From positions 30,206 through 94,205 of the forward strand of contig CAZNUV010000003.1 of NCBI GenBank assembly GCA_964576755.1: DNA of 64,000 nucleotides, in the 5' to 3' direction. Every line of letters starts with the position of its first letter. Positions within the stretch are counted from its first letter, which is position 1. Origin of the DNA: Candidatus Woesearchaeota archaeon. GTDB lineage: Archaea; Nanobdellota; Nanobdellia; Pacearchaeales; GW2011-AR1. Position numbers and translations under genes: made by a program. Of this stretch, positions 1 through 8,772 are shown one piece after another. The notes under the pieces are model-generated. The model saw nothing but the letters and a program-made list of their open reading frames with translations. It searched no databases and was not told where the DNA came from.

Positions 1-2227
1 GAATAAGTTTTCCAACACTTCCTTGTTCTAACCTTTCTTTGACTTCTGTTTCTCCATATGCAACCTTATCTGGCTCTTTTGCAAGCATTGTGAAAAACTC
101 ATCAAGAATTTGTTTTTGTTTTGTAATCTCTTGTTCTGCTAAGACATCTTCACTTGCTTGAACTAATGCCTTTAAACCAGCTAGTTCTGTATCACCAATG
201 TCACGAACAGCAATAACTTTTTCTTTTAATGCTGTTACTAACTGGCCTGTTTCTAAAAATTCATCTTTAGTAGGAATTGGCCCACCAACTAAAATCCCTT
301 TTAATTTTTTATTATCAAAAAAATGTTTTTTCATTGAATCTGCTACTCTCCTAAAAAATGCTTTTGCAAGTCCTTCTGTAATTCTGTGAAATCTTTGAGA
401 TGAATTATGCACTACAATCCCGTTTGCAAGAAAATTGTGATTTTTAGTTTCAATGTCTATTGTTTGACTTTTGCCAATAGATTCTATTTTTGAGATTTTA
501 ACTGCAATTAAATTTGAATTATAGAACATTTCTAGTCTTCTTTTTAGTTCTAGATTCTTTATTTTTCCTAGAATTTTTTCTTTGAACATTTCCTTGCTCA
601 TTTGTCTTTTATTACAAAAAAAATAAGGTTGATTAAAATCTCTTGTATTTAATCCAGAATTTCTAATTATTTTTGCTACTTCTTTTCCATTTACAATTAG
701 TTGTCTAATCTTATTTTTCTTACTTCTGTTTCTTATTAGACTTTCTAGTTTTTCTCTTTTTTTTGAAAAACTAAAATTAATAAGAGATTTAAATTTTTTT
801 AAAGACTCTAAATCATCTATTGCTAAAGTATATCTTGTTTTATTTGAATAAGGGTTTTTCTTGTTATCATACTCTGAAATTGAAGAGATTATTCCCAACC
901 TAAGTAATACAAACTGCATCTGTTTAGATAATATCTGGTTATTTATTCCAAATGCGACCCTATTGGAGGAAACATACCCCTCTGCATCAAAAAACCCTTT
1001 AATAAACGAAGCTAAGACATTATCTGGAGACCTTAAAACAATTAAAGGAATTCCTTGACTTAGTGTTTTGTTTTTTTCTTTAAAAAAAGAATCAATAAAT
1101 TGAGATAATACTCTGCTATGAAATCTTAATTGCCAGTAACCTTTGTTTTCCCTAAATCTTAAGCTCCCCCTTAATCTGAAATAATTAGATATTAATTGAT
1201 TATATTTATCTACTACTTCTTTTGATTGCTCAGAAAAAGATATTCTATCTATCTCATGACTCCCATCTCCTAAATAATATCCTAAAATTTTCACTAATTC
1301 AGAATCTAGTATTTTTGGAATAAATATCTTTTTGGTGTTAAATGCTTGTTTTATAATTGGTTTGAAAATTATTTTTTGAGGATTAAGTGTTAGATTAATT
1401 TTTTCTGGCATGACTAAATAGTCTCCTTGTTTTATTTCTGATAGTGGTTTTTCTTTTATACCCTCACTAGTTCTTACAAAAAAGGTATGGTCTTTTGAAG
1501 CTTTAATTTCAAACCTAGGATAACAAGTAGTAACTTTTAGCAACTCTTTATTATTTTTCCATTTTGCAATTAAAGGGGTTTGTTCTGTCTTTTCTGTATT
1601 AAAATTTTCAGATAAGACTAATAAAGGATTATGAGATTCTTTAATTTTTAATATTTCTCCATCATCTTTCATTATAAGTGTATCTGGAGATAAACACTGT
1701 CCACCTGCTCTAACTTTGCCAGGTACACCAGAAGTCATGTGTTGCAAGACACGAATAGATTTTCCTTCTAAAATTCCTATTGTTGCCTCTTTTCTTTCTA
1801 TTACAAGAATAGCATAAACCTCGTCTGTTTCAAGCATTTCTTTTAAAGGGTCAAGAACAAAAGTCTGGTCACACCTATACATTCTTACTTTCAAAGGTTT
1901 TGGAGGTTCTATTGTCCAGAGTTGTAAATCTTCTTTTCCTTCAACATCAGAAACATTGCCTGCAAAAAGAACAAGCCCATTTTTAGGTGTTTTTTCAATA
2001 AGTTTTAACTGTCTTCCAATTTTATCCAGAGCATTTACAACATTCTTACGAGTAGAAGTTGATTTAATGTTTGTTGCTGTTCCTTTTTCATCTTCAATCT
2101 GTTTTCCAACTTGAGTAAGAGTATATCCTGCAGGCACATAAACAGTGATTAATTCTGTGTGCCTTCCACGATAGCCTTCAAGCTCTTCTACTGTTGCCTC
2201 GAGCTCGTATTTTTGTGCATCATCCAT
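1..2227 (-). CDS. prf1: Peptide chain release factor aRF1 (eRF1 family). It is 3'-partial (runs off the window start) and interrupted by an in-frame intein.
   Basis: Not in the ORF track because there is no stop in the window. Manual translation from ATG at 2227 gives MDDAQKYELEATVEELEGYRGRHTELITVYVP...TATNIKSTSTRKN...MTSGVPGKVRAGGQ, then the intein, then SSQRFHRITEGLAKAFFRRVADS...LKGILVGGPIPTKDEF. The NIKS and GGQ motifs are diagnostic of aRF1/eRF1. Confidence 0.9.
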   Translation of the reverse strand, partial: MDDAQKYELEATVEELEGYRGRHTELITVYVPAGYTLTQVGKQIEDEKGTATNIKSTSTRKNVVNALDKIGRQLKLIEKTPKNGLVLFAGNVSDVEGKEDLQLWTIEPPKPLKVRMYRCDQTFVLDPLKEMLETDEVYAILVIERKEATIGILEGKSIRVLQHMTSGVPGKVRAGGQCLSPDTLIMKDDGEILKIKESHNPLLVLSENFNTEKTEQTPLIAKWKNNKELLKVTTCYPRFEIKASKDHTFFVRTSEGIKEKPLSEIKQGDYLVMPEKINLTLNPQKIIFKPIIKQAFNTKKIFIPKILDSELVKILGYYLGDGSHEIDRISFSEQSKEVVDKYNQLISNYFRLRGSLRFRENKGYWQLRFHSRVLSQFIDSFFKEKNKTLSQGIPLIVLRSPDNVLASFIKGFFDAEGYVSSNRVAFGINNQILSKQMQFVLLRLGIISSISEYDNKKNPYSNKTRYTLAIDDLESLKKFKSLINFSFSKKREKLESLIRNRSKKNKIRQLIVNGKEVAKIIRNSGLNTRDFNQPYFFCNKRQMSKEMFKEKILGKIKNLELKRRLEMFYNSNLIAVKISKIESIGKSQTIDIETKNHNFLANGIVVHNSSQRFHRITEGLAKAFFRRVADSMKKHFFDNKKLKGILVGGPIPTKDEFLETGQLVTALKEKVIAVRDIGDTELAGLKALVQASEDVLAEQEITKQKQILDEFFTMLAKEPDKVAYGETEVKERLEQGSVGKLI
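404..1696 (-). mobile_element. Intein (431 codons) with a double-motif LAGLIDADG homing endonuclease domain, inserted between GGQ and S of aRF1
   Basis: Cys codon TGT at 1696..1694 directly follows GGQ. N-terminal block is CLSPDTLIMKDDGEILKI. LAGLIDADG motifs are LVKILGYYLGDGS and LASFIKGFFDAEGYVS. C-terminal block is IDIETKNHNFLANGIVVHN, followed by Ser (TCA at 403..401). Length is 1293 nt, in frame. I translated all of it and saw no stop. Confidence 0.88.
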
Positions 2228-2279
2228 AAATAGGGTTATGTAGGGGGCTTTTTATATTTTCAGGTAGAATTTAGTTTGA

Positions 2280-2735
2280 TTATTCAGAAGACCTAATTAT
2301 TTTATCACACTTATCTAAAAGAGAAAAATCAAGAAAATTTTCTTTATCATAATATTGAAGCCTCTCAAAATAATCATCAACTATTGAACTTAGTTCTTTT
2401 AATTCTTTTCTAGAGTTAATTTTTTCATCATTTGTTTGCGGTTCTTTACCTTCAGCCATTATAAGTTCACACCTTCTTTTATTAACCCTGTATACAAACC
2501 TTGTATATGGTTTTACAACTTGATCAAAAATCTTTCTCGCAATTCCGTTGCCAAGTTTTTTATAGATTTTTTCTTCATCAATTCTATCATGATTATTTTT
2601 ATCAGGCCAGTATAGGTGGATAGCTTTTGTTGCTCGTTCAGTGGCTTCTTTAGAACTCATGCCTGTTTTTACAAGATTTTTTACTACCCTGTCTACAGTA
2701 GATTGGTAAGTTAGGTCTTTTTTTGGTGTTACCAT
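2280..2735 (-). CDS. Hypothetical protein (151 aa)
   Basis: Complete ORF. TTTAAAAA box starts 29 nt upstream of the ATG (leaderless-type promoter). No family recognised. Confidence 0.6.
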   Translation of the reverse strand: MVTPKKDLTYQSTVDRVVKNLVKTGMSSKEATERATKAIHLYWPDKNNHDRIDEEKIYKKLGNGIARKIFDQVVKPYTRFVYRVNKRRCELIMAEGKEPQTNDEKINSRKELKELSSIVDDYFERLQYYDKENFLDFSLLDKCDKIIRSSE

Positions 2736-2790
2736 GTTTTTTATAGGATTTTCTTTTTTTTAAAGAAATCTATACTTTAAAGTATATAAC

Positions 2791-3291
2791 CTATTTATCT
2801 AAATCTTTCGGCTTTTCAACAGTCCAGTATTTGAAATAAGGTTTATCCCACCAAGAATGAAATTTAAGTTCAATTCTCCCTTCAAAATCTATCTCCATTA
2901 AATGAGCATCCAATATAATTCTTAAGGTTGATTGTCTAGGTTTTGGTTTGTTAGGGTCATAAGGATCTATTCCCCCACTTAGCATGATTAGTCTTCCTTC
3001 AGAATCAATTCTTTCATAGGCTATTGAAAATCCTTTATGATAATCTTTTAAAGGAAAATGAAACACTTCATCAGAATCCACTAGCATGTGTAAACCCGAG
3101 TCATCTTTTTTAAAATAAAGAGTTCTATTTTCTAGTTTTTTTCTAACTTTTGTTTTTCCTGCCCAATCATATTTACCATTCTCTCTATAACCCCCACAAT
3201 CTCGGATATATATGTTGGTAGGAGGGTAATTCTCTAAACAAAATTCTAAAGTTTCAAAAATTAATTTATCTGGTGTCCAGTATTGTTCCAT
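2791..3291 (-). CDS. Hypothetical protein (166 aa)
   Basis: Complete ORF with no competing frame. No motif recognised. Confidence 0.55.
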   Translation of the reverse strand: MEQYWTPDKLIFETLEFCLENYPPTNIYIRDCGGYRENGKYDWAGKTKVRKKLENRTLYFKKDDSGLHMLVDSDEVFHFPLKDYHKGFSIAYERIDSEGRLIMLSGGIDPYDPNKPKPRQSTLRIILDAHLMEIDFEGRIELKFHSWWDKPYFKYWTVEKPKDLDK

Positions 3292-3373
3292 GCTAGAAGT
3301 TAGATAGTCAGGTTTTTATATTTTTAAAAATTCTTACCAACACCTTTTTATACTTAAAAAAATTAATAAAAAC

Positions 3374-3643
3374 ATGGTAAAAAAGGTGATAAAGAAATCA
3401 AAAAACAAGCCTGATATTGACATAAAAGTTAGAAATCTTGGCAAGGTGATTCGTGAAAACAAAGACAAAAAACACAAGACACGTTGTGGAGGCCATTGCA
3501 GTGGATTTTGGGTTTTTGGGTCTGCACTTGCAATGATTCTGTCTTATACCAGAAGCGAGAAGATTCTCTGGGCAATCTTGCACGGAATATTTAGCTGGTT
3601 TTATATTTTATTCAGAGCTATGCAGATTTGGGGCTGGTTTTAG
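3374..3643 (+). CDS. Small membrane protein (89 aa), basic N-terminus plus two hydrophobic helices
   Basis: Contains hydrophobic segments FWVFGSALAMILSY and ILHGIFSWFYILF. Preferred over the antisense ORF 3398..3583. Confidence 0.5.
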   Translation: MVKKVIKKSKNKPDIDIKVRNLGKVIRENKDKKHKTRCGGHCSGFWVFGSALAMILSYTRSEKILWAILHGIFSWFYILFRAMQIWGWF

Positions 3644-3709
3644 GTAGAAAATTCCCTATTAATTATTTTATTGTAATTTAATCTTAGCTGAGCTGAGCAA
3701 TAGATCTTT

Positions 3710-4075
3710 CTAAATTAGATGTTCTAATCCTGCTTCTTCTGCAGCTAATTTGATTCCAACTTGATTACAATACAATTTAGAATATTTATCTTTAAATCTT
3801 GGATCAATAGTTTTGTGTTGCTGAATATGTTCTTTAGTTTTTTTGTAGGTATTTAGGGTGTCTAGACCGTAGTTAGTCATAAAAAGAGAAAAAAAGCCCG
3901 CCTCAAATAAACCAACACTAGCTACTGGAAATTTTTTTGTAATACTATACTCAATAAATCCTAATAATGGAGATAAACCCATGGCAAGATGCCTTCCAAG
4001 AGTGAATCTGTTACCGACTGCACACTTTACATAGTCTTTTATTTTTTGTTTCATTGTACTTTCCATAGTAATCAT
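3710..4075 (-). CDS. Hypothetical protein (121 aa)
   Basis: Complete ORF. No motif recognised. Confidence 0.45.
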   Translation of the reverse strand: MITMESTMKQKIKDYVKCAVGNRFTLGRHLAMGLSPLLGFIEYSITKKFPVASVGLFEAGFFSLFMTNYGLDTLNTYKKTKEHIQQHKTIDPRFKDKYSKLYCNQVGIKLAAEEAGLEHLI

Positions 4076-4148
4076 AGTTGGATAATTATTTATAAACTTT
4101 TCTATTTGTAACTACTTTAGAATAACACAATATAGTAAAATTCTAGAT

Positions 4149-4628
4149 TTATTTCTTTCTTATTTCTTCAAGCCAGTTATTTAAAGAACTATAAAACTCT
4201 TTATCAGAAGTAAAATCATTTTCAACTTCATGATATATCTCAAGACTTGATTTTGGAGAGTATGTTGTTCCTTTAGGTTCAATACACAGGAGAGTATCAT
4301 TATGCCCATCCCACTCAATCAGTGGAAATTTAGGAGCAAGACCTCTATCTAGGCTAGCATCAATCTGTTTCCATTTTCCATTAATTTTAACTTCTAAATA
4401 AACATGAAAAATTTCATCCTCGTGAGGAAGATTTATAATTTTTGTAGGTAGATTTAAACTACTCCAATCAGAATCACACACCTTAGGCCTTACTTCTAAT
4501 CCAGCATTTTTTAAGAGTCTTTCAAGAATCTTGTGTTTTCCTAGACAGCAATAGTCTGGTTCTTCAGCATTAAGTGGGCAACGATACGGTATGTCCCGCA
4601 CCCAGTTAAAATACTCTATTCTGTTCAT
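4149..4628 (-). CDS. Transglutaminase-like cysteine protease fold protein (159 aa)
   Basis: Cys...His...Asp arrangement: YCCLGKHKILERLL, FHVYLEV, WKQIDAS. This is typical of the transglutaminase-core superfamily. Confidence 0.55.
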   Translation of the reverse strand: MNRIEYFNWVRDIPYRCPLNAEEPDYCCLGKHKILERLLKNAGLEVRPKVCDSDWSSLNLPTKIINLPHEDEIFHVYLEVKINGKWKQIDASLDRGLAPKFPLIEWDGHNDTLLCIEPKGTTYSPKSSLEIYHEVENDFTSDKEFYSSLNNWLEEIRKK

Positions 4629-4691
4629 AAAAATGAGGAATAATGCTGGTTTATAAGAATTATTGTAATCTAGCAGAACTCAATCTTAAAC

Positions 4692-5039
4692 TTATCTCTT
4701 AAATTTTTGAATTATCAAACCAACTAGGCTTCCAATTAAGAAGTAGGCTACAAAAGATATTAAGATTAGCAAATTAGTTCTTAGAAAGCCATTTTCAATA
4801 TTTTTAACAAAAATAAAAAAAGGCAAAAAACTAAAATAAACTAAAATAGGTACAGTCCAAGAGGCTATATTTTGTAAACTTACTGAAGAATACTCTAGTA
4901 AAGCAAGAATAAATATCATTGCAGTTGAAATAAAATCAATTACAAAAAAGACAATTCCTGTTTTTAGCCAGAGAGGAGATCTCTGCCACCTAGTCTGCTT
5001 TTTCTTTTTTGTTGTTTGCTTTTCCCTCTTTTTTACCAT
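4692..5039 (-). CDS. Membrane protein (115 aa)
   Basis: Basic N-terminus followed by 3 hydrophobic helices. Confidence 0.5.
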   Translation of the reverse strand: MVKKREKQTTKKKKQTRWQRSPLWLKTGIVFFVIDFISTAMIFILALLEYSSVSLQNIASWTVPILVYFSFLPFFIFVKNIENGFLRTNLLILISFVAYFLIGSLVGLIIQKFKR

Positions 5040-5047
5040 ATTATATA

Positions 5048-7435
5048 TTAGATAAACTCAATTTTAAACTTTCCTGTCTTAATCTCACGTGTAGAAGTAA
5101 CAGCTTTAAAATCATCTAACATTTCTTTAAGAGCTGTCTGTTGTGTTTTTTCTAGATTTAGTGTGATTTCTGCTTTCATTGACTTTTGCTGTTTTGTTTT
5201 TTCCTGTCTAATCTTTGCAAGTAGATCTAAGAATAAATCGAGCTCTTTTGTGTCCTTTGGTTTGCCCTTGTCTGTCTTGCTTGTAGATTCTGCTTCTGGC
5301 CAGCTTGTCAGGTGAATAGAATCAATCTTTTCATACTGTTTAAAATAAGAGCAATATATTTCCTCTGTTACAAACGGCATAATCGGAGCAACCATCTTGA
5401 GGATTGCAAGTAAACTTGTGTAAAGAGTGTACTGTGCAGATAATTTTTTATCGCCAGTTTGATTATAAATCCGATACTTAATAATTTCTAAATAATTATC
5501 ACAAAACATATTCCAGAAAAATCTTTCAACACTCTGTTTTACTTTACTATACCCATATTCTTCAAAACTTACTGTTGCTGCAGTGATTAAGATGTTAAGC
5601 CTGTCTAAAAATTGCTGGTCAATTTTTTCAAGCGTTTTTAGTTTTCCCTGCTTAATAGGATTGTAATCTTCAAGATTCATAAAAGTAAATTTAGAAGCAT
5701 TCCATAGCTTATTGATAAACTTTTTACCTGTAACCATATCTTGCTCTTGATAGTCTAGGTCTTCTCCAAGTTTAGAACCAGATGCCCAGAACCTTAGAGC
5801 GTCTGCACTATATTTTTCAATTACTTCTTGAGGTTTTACAGAATTGCCTTTTGATTTTGACATTTTTTCTTTTCCAAGTGTAACAAATCCAGAAACCATC
5901 ATGTTTTCCCAAGGAATCTGGTTTTCGTGATAAAGCGATTTAACAATGGTGTAAAAATCCCATGTCCTAATAATATCATGAGCATTGCACCTGATTGAAA
6001 ACGGAATTTTAACTTTGTTGTTTACTAAAGATGCGCAAATCTGAGGAGTAATTGAAGACGTAGCCCATGTGTCTAAAACTTTTTCTTCTGGTCTTGCTTT
6101 TGCACCACACTTAGGACATTTTTTAGTAGTTTGTATAGGGTCTATTGGTAGTTCTTTTTCATCGGGTAAAATAATCTGATTACACTTATCACAGTACCAA
6201 ATAGGAATTGGAATTCCAAAGTGTCTGTCTCGAGAAATAGACCAGTCCCATTCTAAACCTTCAACCCAGTTCTCGTATCTTTTGTACATAAATTTTGGTA
6301 ACCAACTAACTTTCTTACCTTGGTTAAGAAACTTTTTTTTATTATCTAGGATTTTAATAAACCACTGAGCTGTTGTTATAAATTCTATTTCTGTTCCACA
6401 TCTGTCGTGAACATTAACTGCGTGGGAAATCTGCTTTTTTTCTGTAATTAGTCCTGATTTTTCTAAATCTTCAAGAATTTGTTTTCTTGCTTGTTTTATT
6501 TTTAACCCTTTATATTTTTCTGCAAGCTTATTAAGTGTCCCGTTTTGATTTAAAATAATTCTTGGATTTAGCTTGTGTTTATTTATTGCTTCAACATCAA
6601 ACTTGTCTCCATAAGAACAAACCATTAACATTCCTGTGCCTTTTTCCATGTCTGCACTAGGGTCTTCAAGAATAGGAACCTCATAATTAAATAAAGGGAT
6701 TTTAGCTTTCTTACCTTTTAGATGTTTAAATCTTTCGTCTTTAGGATTGTAAAAAATAGCAACACACGCAGGTATTAGTTCTGGACGTGTTGTAGCAATT
6801 AATAAATCCTTTCCTTCACAAGAAAACTTTATTGTTGAAAACAAACTTGCAAGCTCTTTGTCTTCTAATTCTGCCTGAGCAATAGCTGTCTGACACTCAG
6901 GACACCAGATTGTTGGAAACTCTTTTGTATAAATTAGTTTTTTATTATAAAGCTCTAAAAATGATTTTTGAGACATTTTTCTAGAGTTATCATCAATAGT
7001 TGAATAGGCTAAACTATAATCAGAAGAAATCCCAATATTTTTCCAGTCTTGTATAAAATCTGGTGTAATTTCTTTTAGTGTTTTTAGACAGAGCTTGATA
7101 AATTCTGCACGAGTCATGTCCTTGCTCTTAACATTTTTTAGTCTCTCTATTAATCTCTCTGTAGGAAGACCGTTATCATCTGTTCCAAACGGGTAGAATA
7201 CACTCTGGCCAGACATTCTTTTAAATCTAGCTACAAAATCTTGCTGAGAGTACTGAAAAGCGTGACCAATATGCATCTGTCCAGAAACAGTTGGAGGAGG
7301 ATTGTCAATACTAAAAATTTGCGCCTTGTTTTTAGAATCAAATTTGTAAGTACCCTGCTTTTCCCAGTAATCTTTCCACTTTTTTTCTATTTCCAGGGCA
7401 TTATACTTACCTAGTTCTGGCTTATTATTAGTCAT
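5048..7435 (-). CDS. valS: Valyl-tRNA synthetase
   Basis: 795 aa. HIGH-type motif PPPTVSGQMHIGHAF, KMSKS motif, and Zn-knuckle CPECQ/CDKC. Confidence 0.93.
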   Translation of the reverse strand: MTNNKPELGKYNALEIEKKWKDYWEKQGTYKFDSKNKAQIFSIDNPPPTVSGQMHIGHAFQYSQQDFVARFKRMSGQSVFYPFGTDDNGLPTERLIERLKNVKSKDMTRAEFIKLCLKTLKEITPDFIQDWKNIGISSDYSLAYSTIDDNSRKMSQKSFLELYNKKLIYTKEFPTIWCPECQTAIAQAELEDKELASLFSTIKFSCEGKDLLIATTRPELIPACVAIFYNPKDERFKHLKGKKAKIPLFNYEVPILEDPSADMEKGTGMLMVCSYGDKFDVEAINKHKLNPRIILNQNGTLNKLAEKYKGLKIKQARKQILEDLEKSGLITEKKQISHAVNVHDRCGTEIEFITTAQWFIKILDNKKKFLNQGKKVSWLPKFMYKRYENWVEGLEWDWSISRDRHFGIPIPIWYCDKCNQIILPDEKELPIDPIQTTKKCPKCGAKARPEEKVLDTWATSSITPQICASLVNNKVKIPFSIRCNAHDIIRTWDFYTIVKSLYHENQIPWENMMVSGFVTLGKEKMSKSKGNSVKPQEVIEKYSADALRFWASGSKLGEDLDYQEQDMVTGKKFINKLWNASKFTFMNLEDYNPIKQGKLKTLEKIDQQFLDRLNILITAATVSFEEYGYSKVKQSVERFFWNMFCDNYLEIIKYRIYNQTGDKKLSAQYTLYTSLLAILKMVAPIMPFVTEEIYCSYFKQYEKIDSIHLTSWPEAESTSKTDKGKPKDTKELDLFLDLLAKIRQEKTKQQKSMKAEITLNLEKTQQTALKEMLDDFKAVTSTREIKTGKFKIEFI

Positions 7436-7453
7436 AATATGTTAAGACCCAAG

Positions 7454-7464
7454 AGATTTAAAAA
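7454..7464 (+). promoter_or_regulatory. TATA box (AGATTTAAAAA) 21 nt upstream of the ATG at 7486, within a 50-bp divergent intergenic region
   Basis: Same 11-mer class and same spacing as about 20 other genes in the window. Confidence 0.6.
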
Positions 7465-7485
7465 CTTGTTGGGTTTTATATCTGT

Positions 7486-8175
7486 ATGAAAACAAAGAAA
7501 AAACCAGTGAAAAAATCAACTAGAAAAATTACTAGCAAACCAACTTCAAAAAAGCAAGAAAAGCTTAAGATTCTTGCAATTGGAGATTTACACGGAGATT
7601 CAAACCTAGCTAAAAAATTAGCTCAAAAAGCAGATAAGAATAATGTGGATTTGGTTATGTTATTGGGAGATATTCACGGATTTGTTGAGTCACGAAATTT
7701 GGTAAAACCATTTCAAAAAGTAAATAAGAAGGTTGTATTTGTGCCAGGGAACTGGGATTCTAGTCTTGATGCAAAACAGCTTTCAGAAATTTATGGTGTG
7801 AAAAATCTTGATGGTTATTATGCGACTTATAAGGGGGTAGGGATTATTGGAGTTGGTAGTCCTGATTTTCAATTAGAACTTAACGAGAAAAAAACTTTTG
7901 AAAAATTAGAAAAAAACTTTGAAAAATTAAAAAAACTAGGAAAAACTAATCCAGAATTAAAAAAGAAAATTCTTATTTCTCATATTCATGCTGCAAAAAC
8001 AAAATCAGAATTTTCTGGTTTTCACGGAAGTTCTGCTTTAAGAAAAGCAATAGATAAGTTTCAGCCAGATTTTTTCCTTTCTGCACATATTCACGAGGCA
8101 GAAGGAATTGAAGAAAAAATTGGTAAGACCCACGTTATTAATGTCGGGAGACATGGTAAGATTTTTGAAGTGTAA
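7486..8175 (+). CDS. Calcineurin-like metallophosphoesterase with a Lys-rich N-terminal tail
   Basis: Motifs GDLHGD, GDIHG, GNWD and HIHAA...HIHE. Confidence 0.75.
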   Translation: MKTKKKPVKKSTRKITSKPTSKKQEKLKILAIGDLHGDSNLAKKLAQKADKNNVDLVMLLGDIHGFVESRNLVKPFQKVNKKVVFVPGNWDSSLDAKQLSEIYGVKNLDGYYATYKGVGIIGVGSPDFQLELNEKKTFEKLEKNFEKLKKLGKTNPELKKKILISHIHAAKTKSEFSGFHGSSALRKAIDKFQPDFFLSAHIHEAEGIEEKIGKTHVINVGRHGKIFEV

Positions 8176-8180
8176 AAGTT

Positions 8181-8684
8181 TTATATTCTTCTTTGATTAG
8201 ATTCATCATCCCATTTTAGAATCTTCATTTGTTTTCTATAATATTCCCCTGATTGAAATTTTCTTATAGTGTCTAGATTTTTATCTACATAAGGATTTCC
8301 TGCTTTTGCACCAGGTTTTTGATTATCTGGAATAGCATCTTCTGGATAAACTTTTTTGGTTATGTTAATCACTAGATTTTCTCGAAGTGTTTCTGTTAAA
8401 CATTCATCATAAAAATCTGCCCCTGCAGGACTTATACATCTATAATACTTAGTTAATTCTTGAAATTCCTTTTTACCCTTACTATAAACAATACATTCTA
8501 AAAGAGAGTCTAGAGAGTGTTCTATTCTTAGTTCATCATGAATTTTATTGTTTATTATTTCTTGAACTTCTTGTTTTGTTAGAATATACTTTTGATTTGT
8601 TAATTTAATTATCTCGTTTGCTAATAAGACCATTCTATTTATTAGATTATTTGAATCGCCTGGTTTATCTGAATCATCTACCAT
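8181..8684 (-). CDS. Hypothetical protein (167 aa)
   Basis: Complete ORF. No motif recognised. Confidence 0.5.
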   Translation of the reverse strand: MVDDSDKPGDSNNLINRMVLLANEIIKLTNQKYILTKQEVQEIINNKIHDELRIEHSLDSLLECIVYSKGKKEFQELTKYYRCISPAGADFYDECLTETLRENLVINITKKVYPEDAIPDNQKPGAKAGNPYVDKNLDTIRKFQSGEYYRKQMKILKWDDESNQRRI

Positions 8685-8772
8685 AAAAAACCTAATGGAG
8701 AGGTAATATAAAAATTTAATTACACTAGAGTTAATCCCAAAAAATTAAAAAGCCTCCTAAGTATCAAATAAC

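Noticed and set aside
198-1058. Track ORFs 198..389 (+) and 861..1058 (+)
   Set aside because: Both lie antisense inside the continuous aRF1/intein reading frame on the minus strand, which has strong motif support. They are shadow ORFs.
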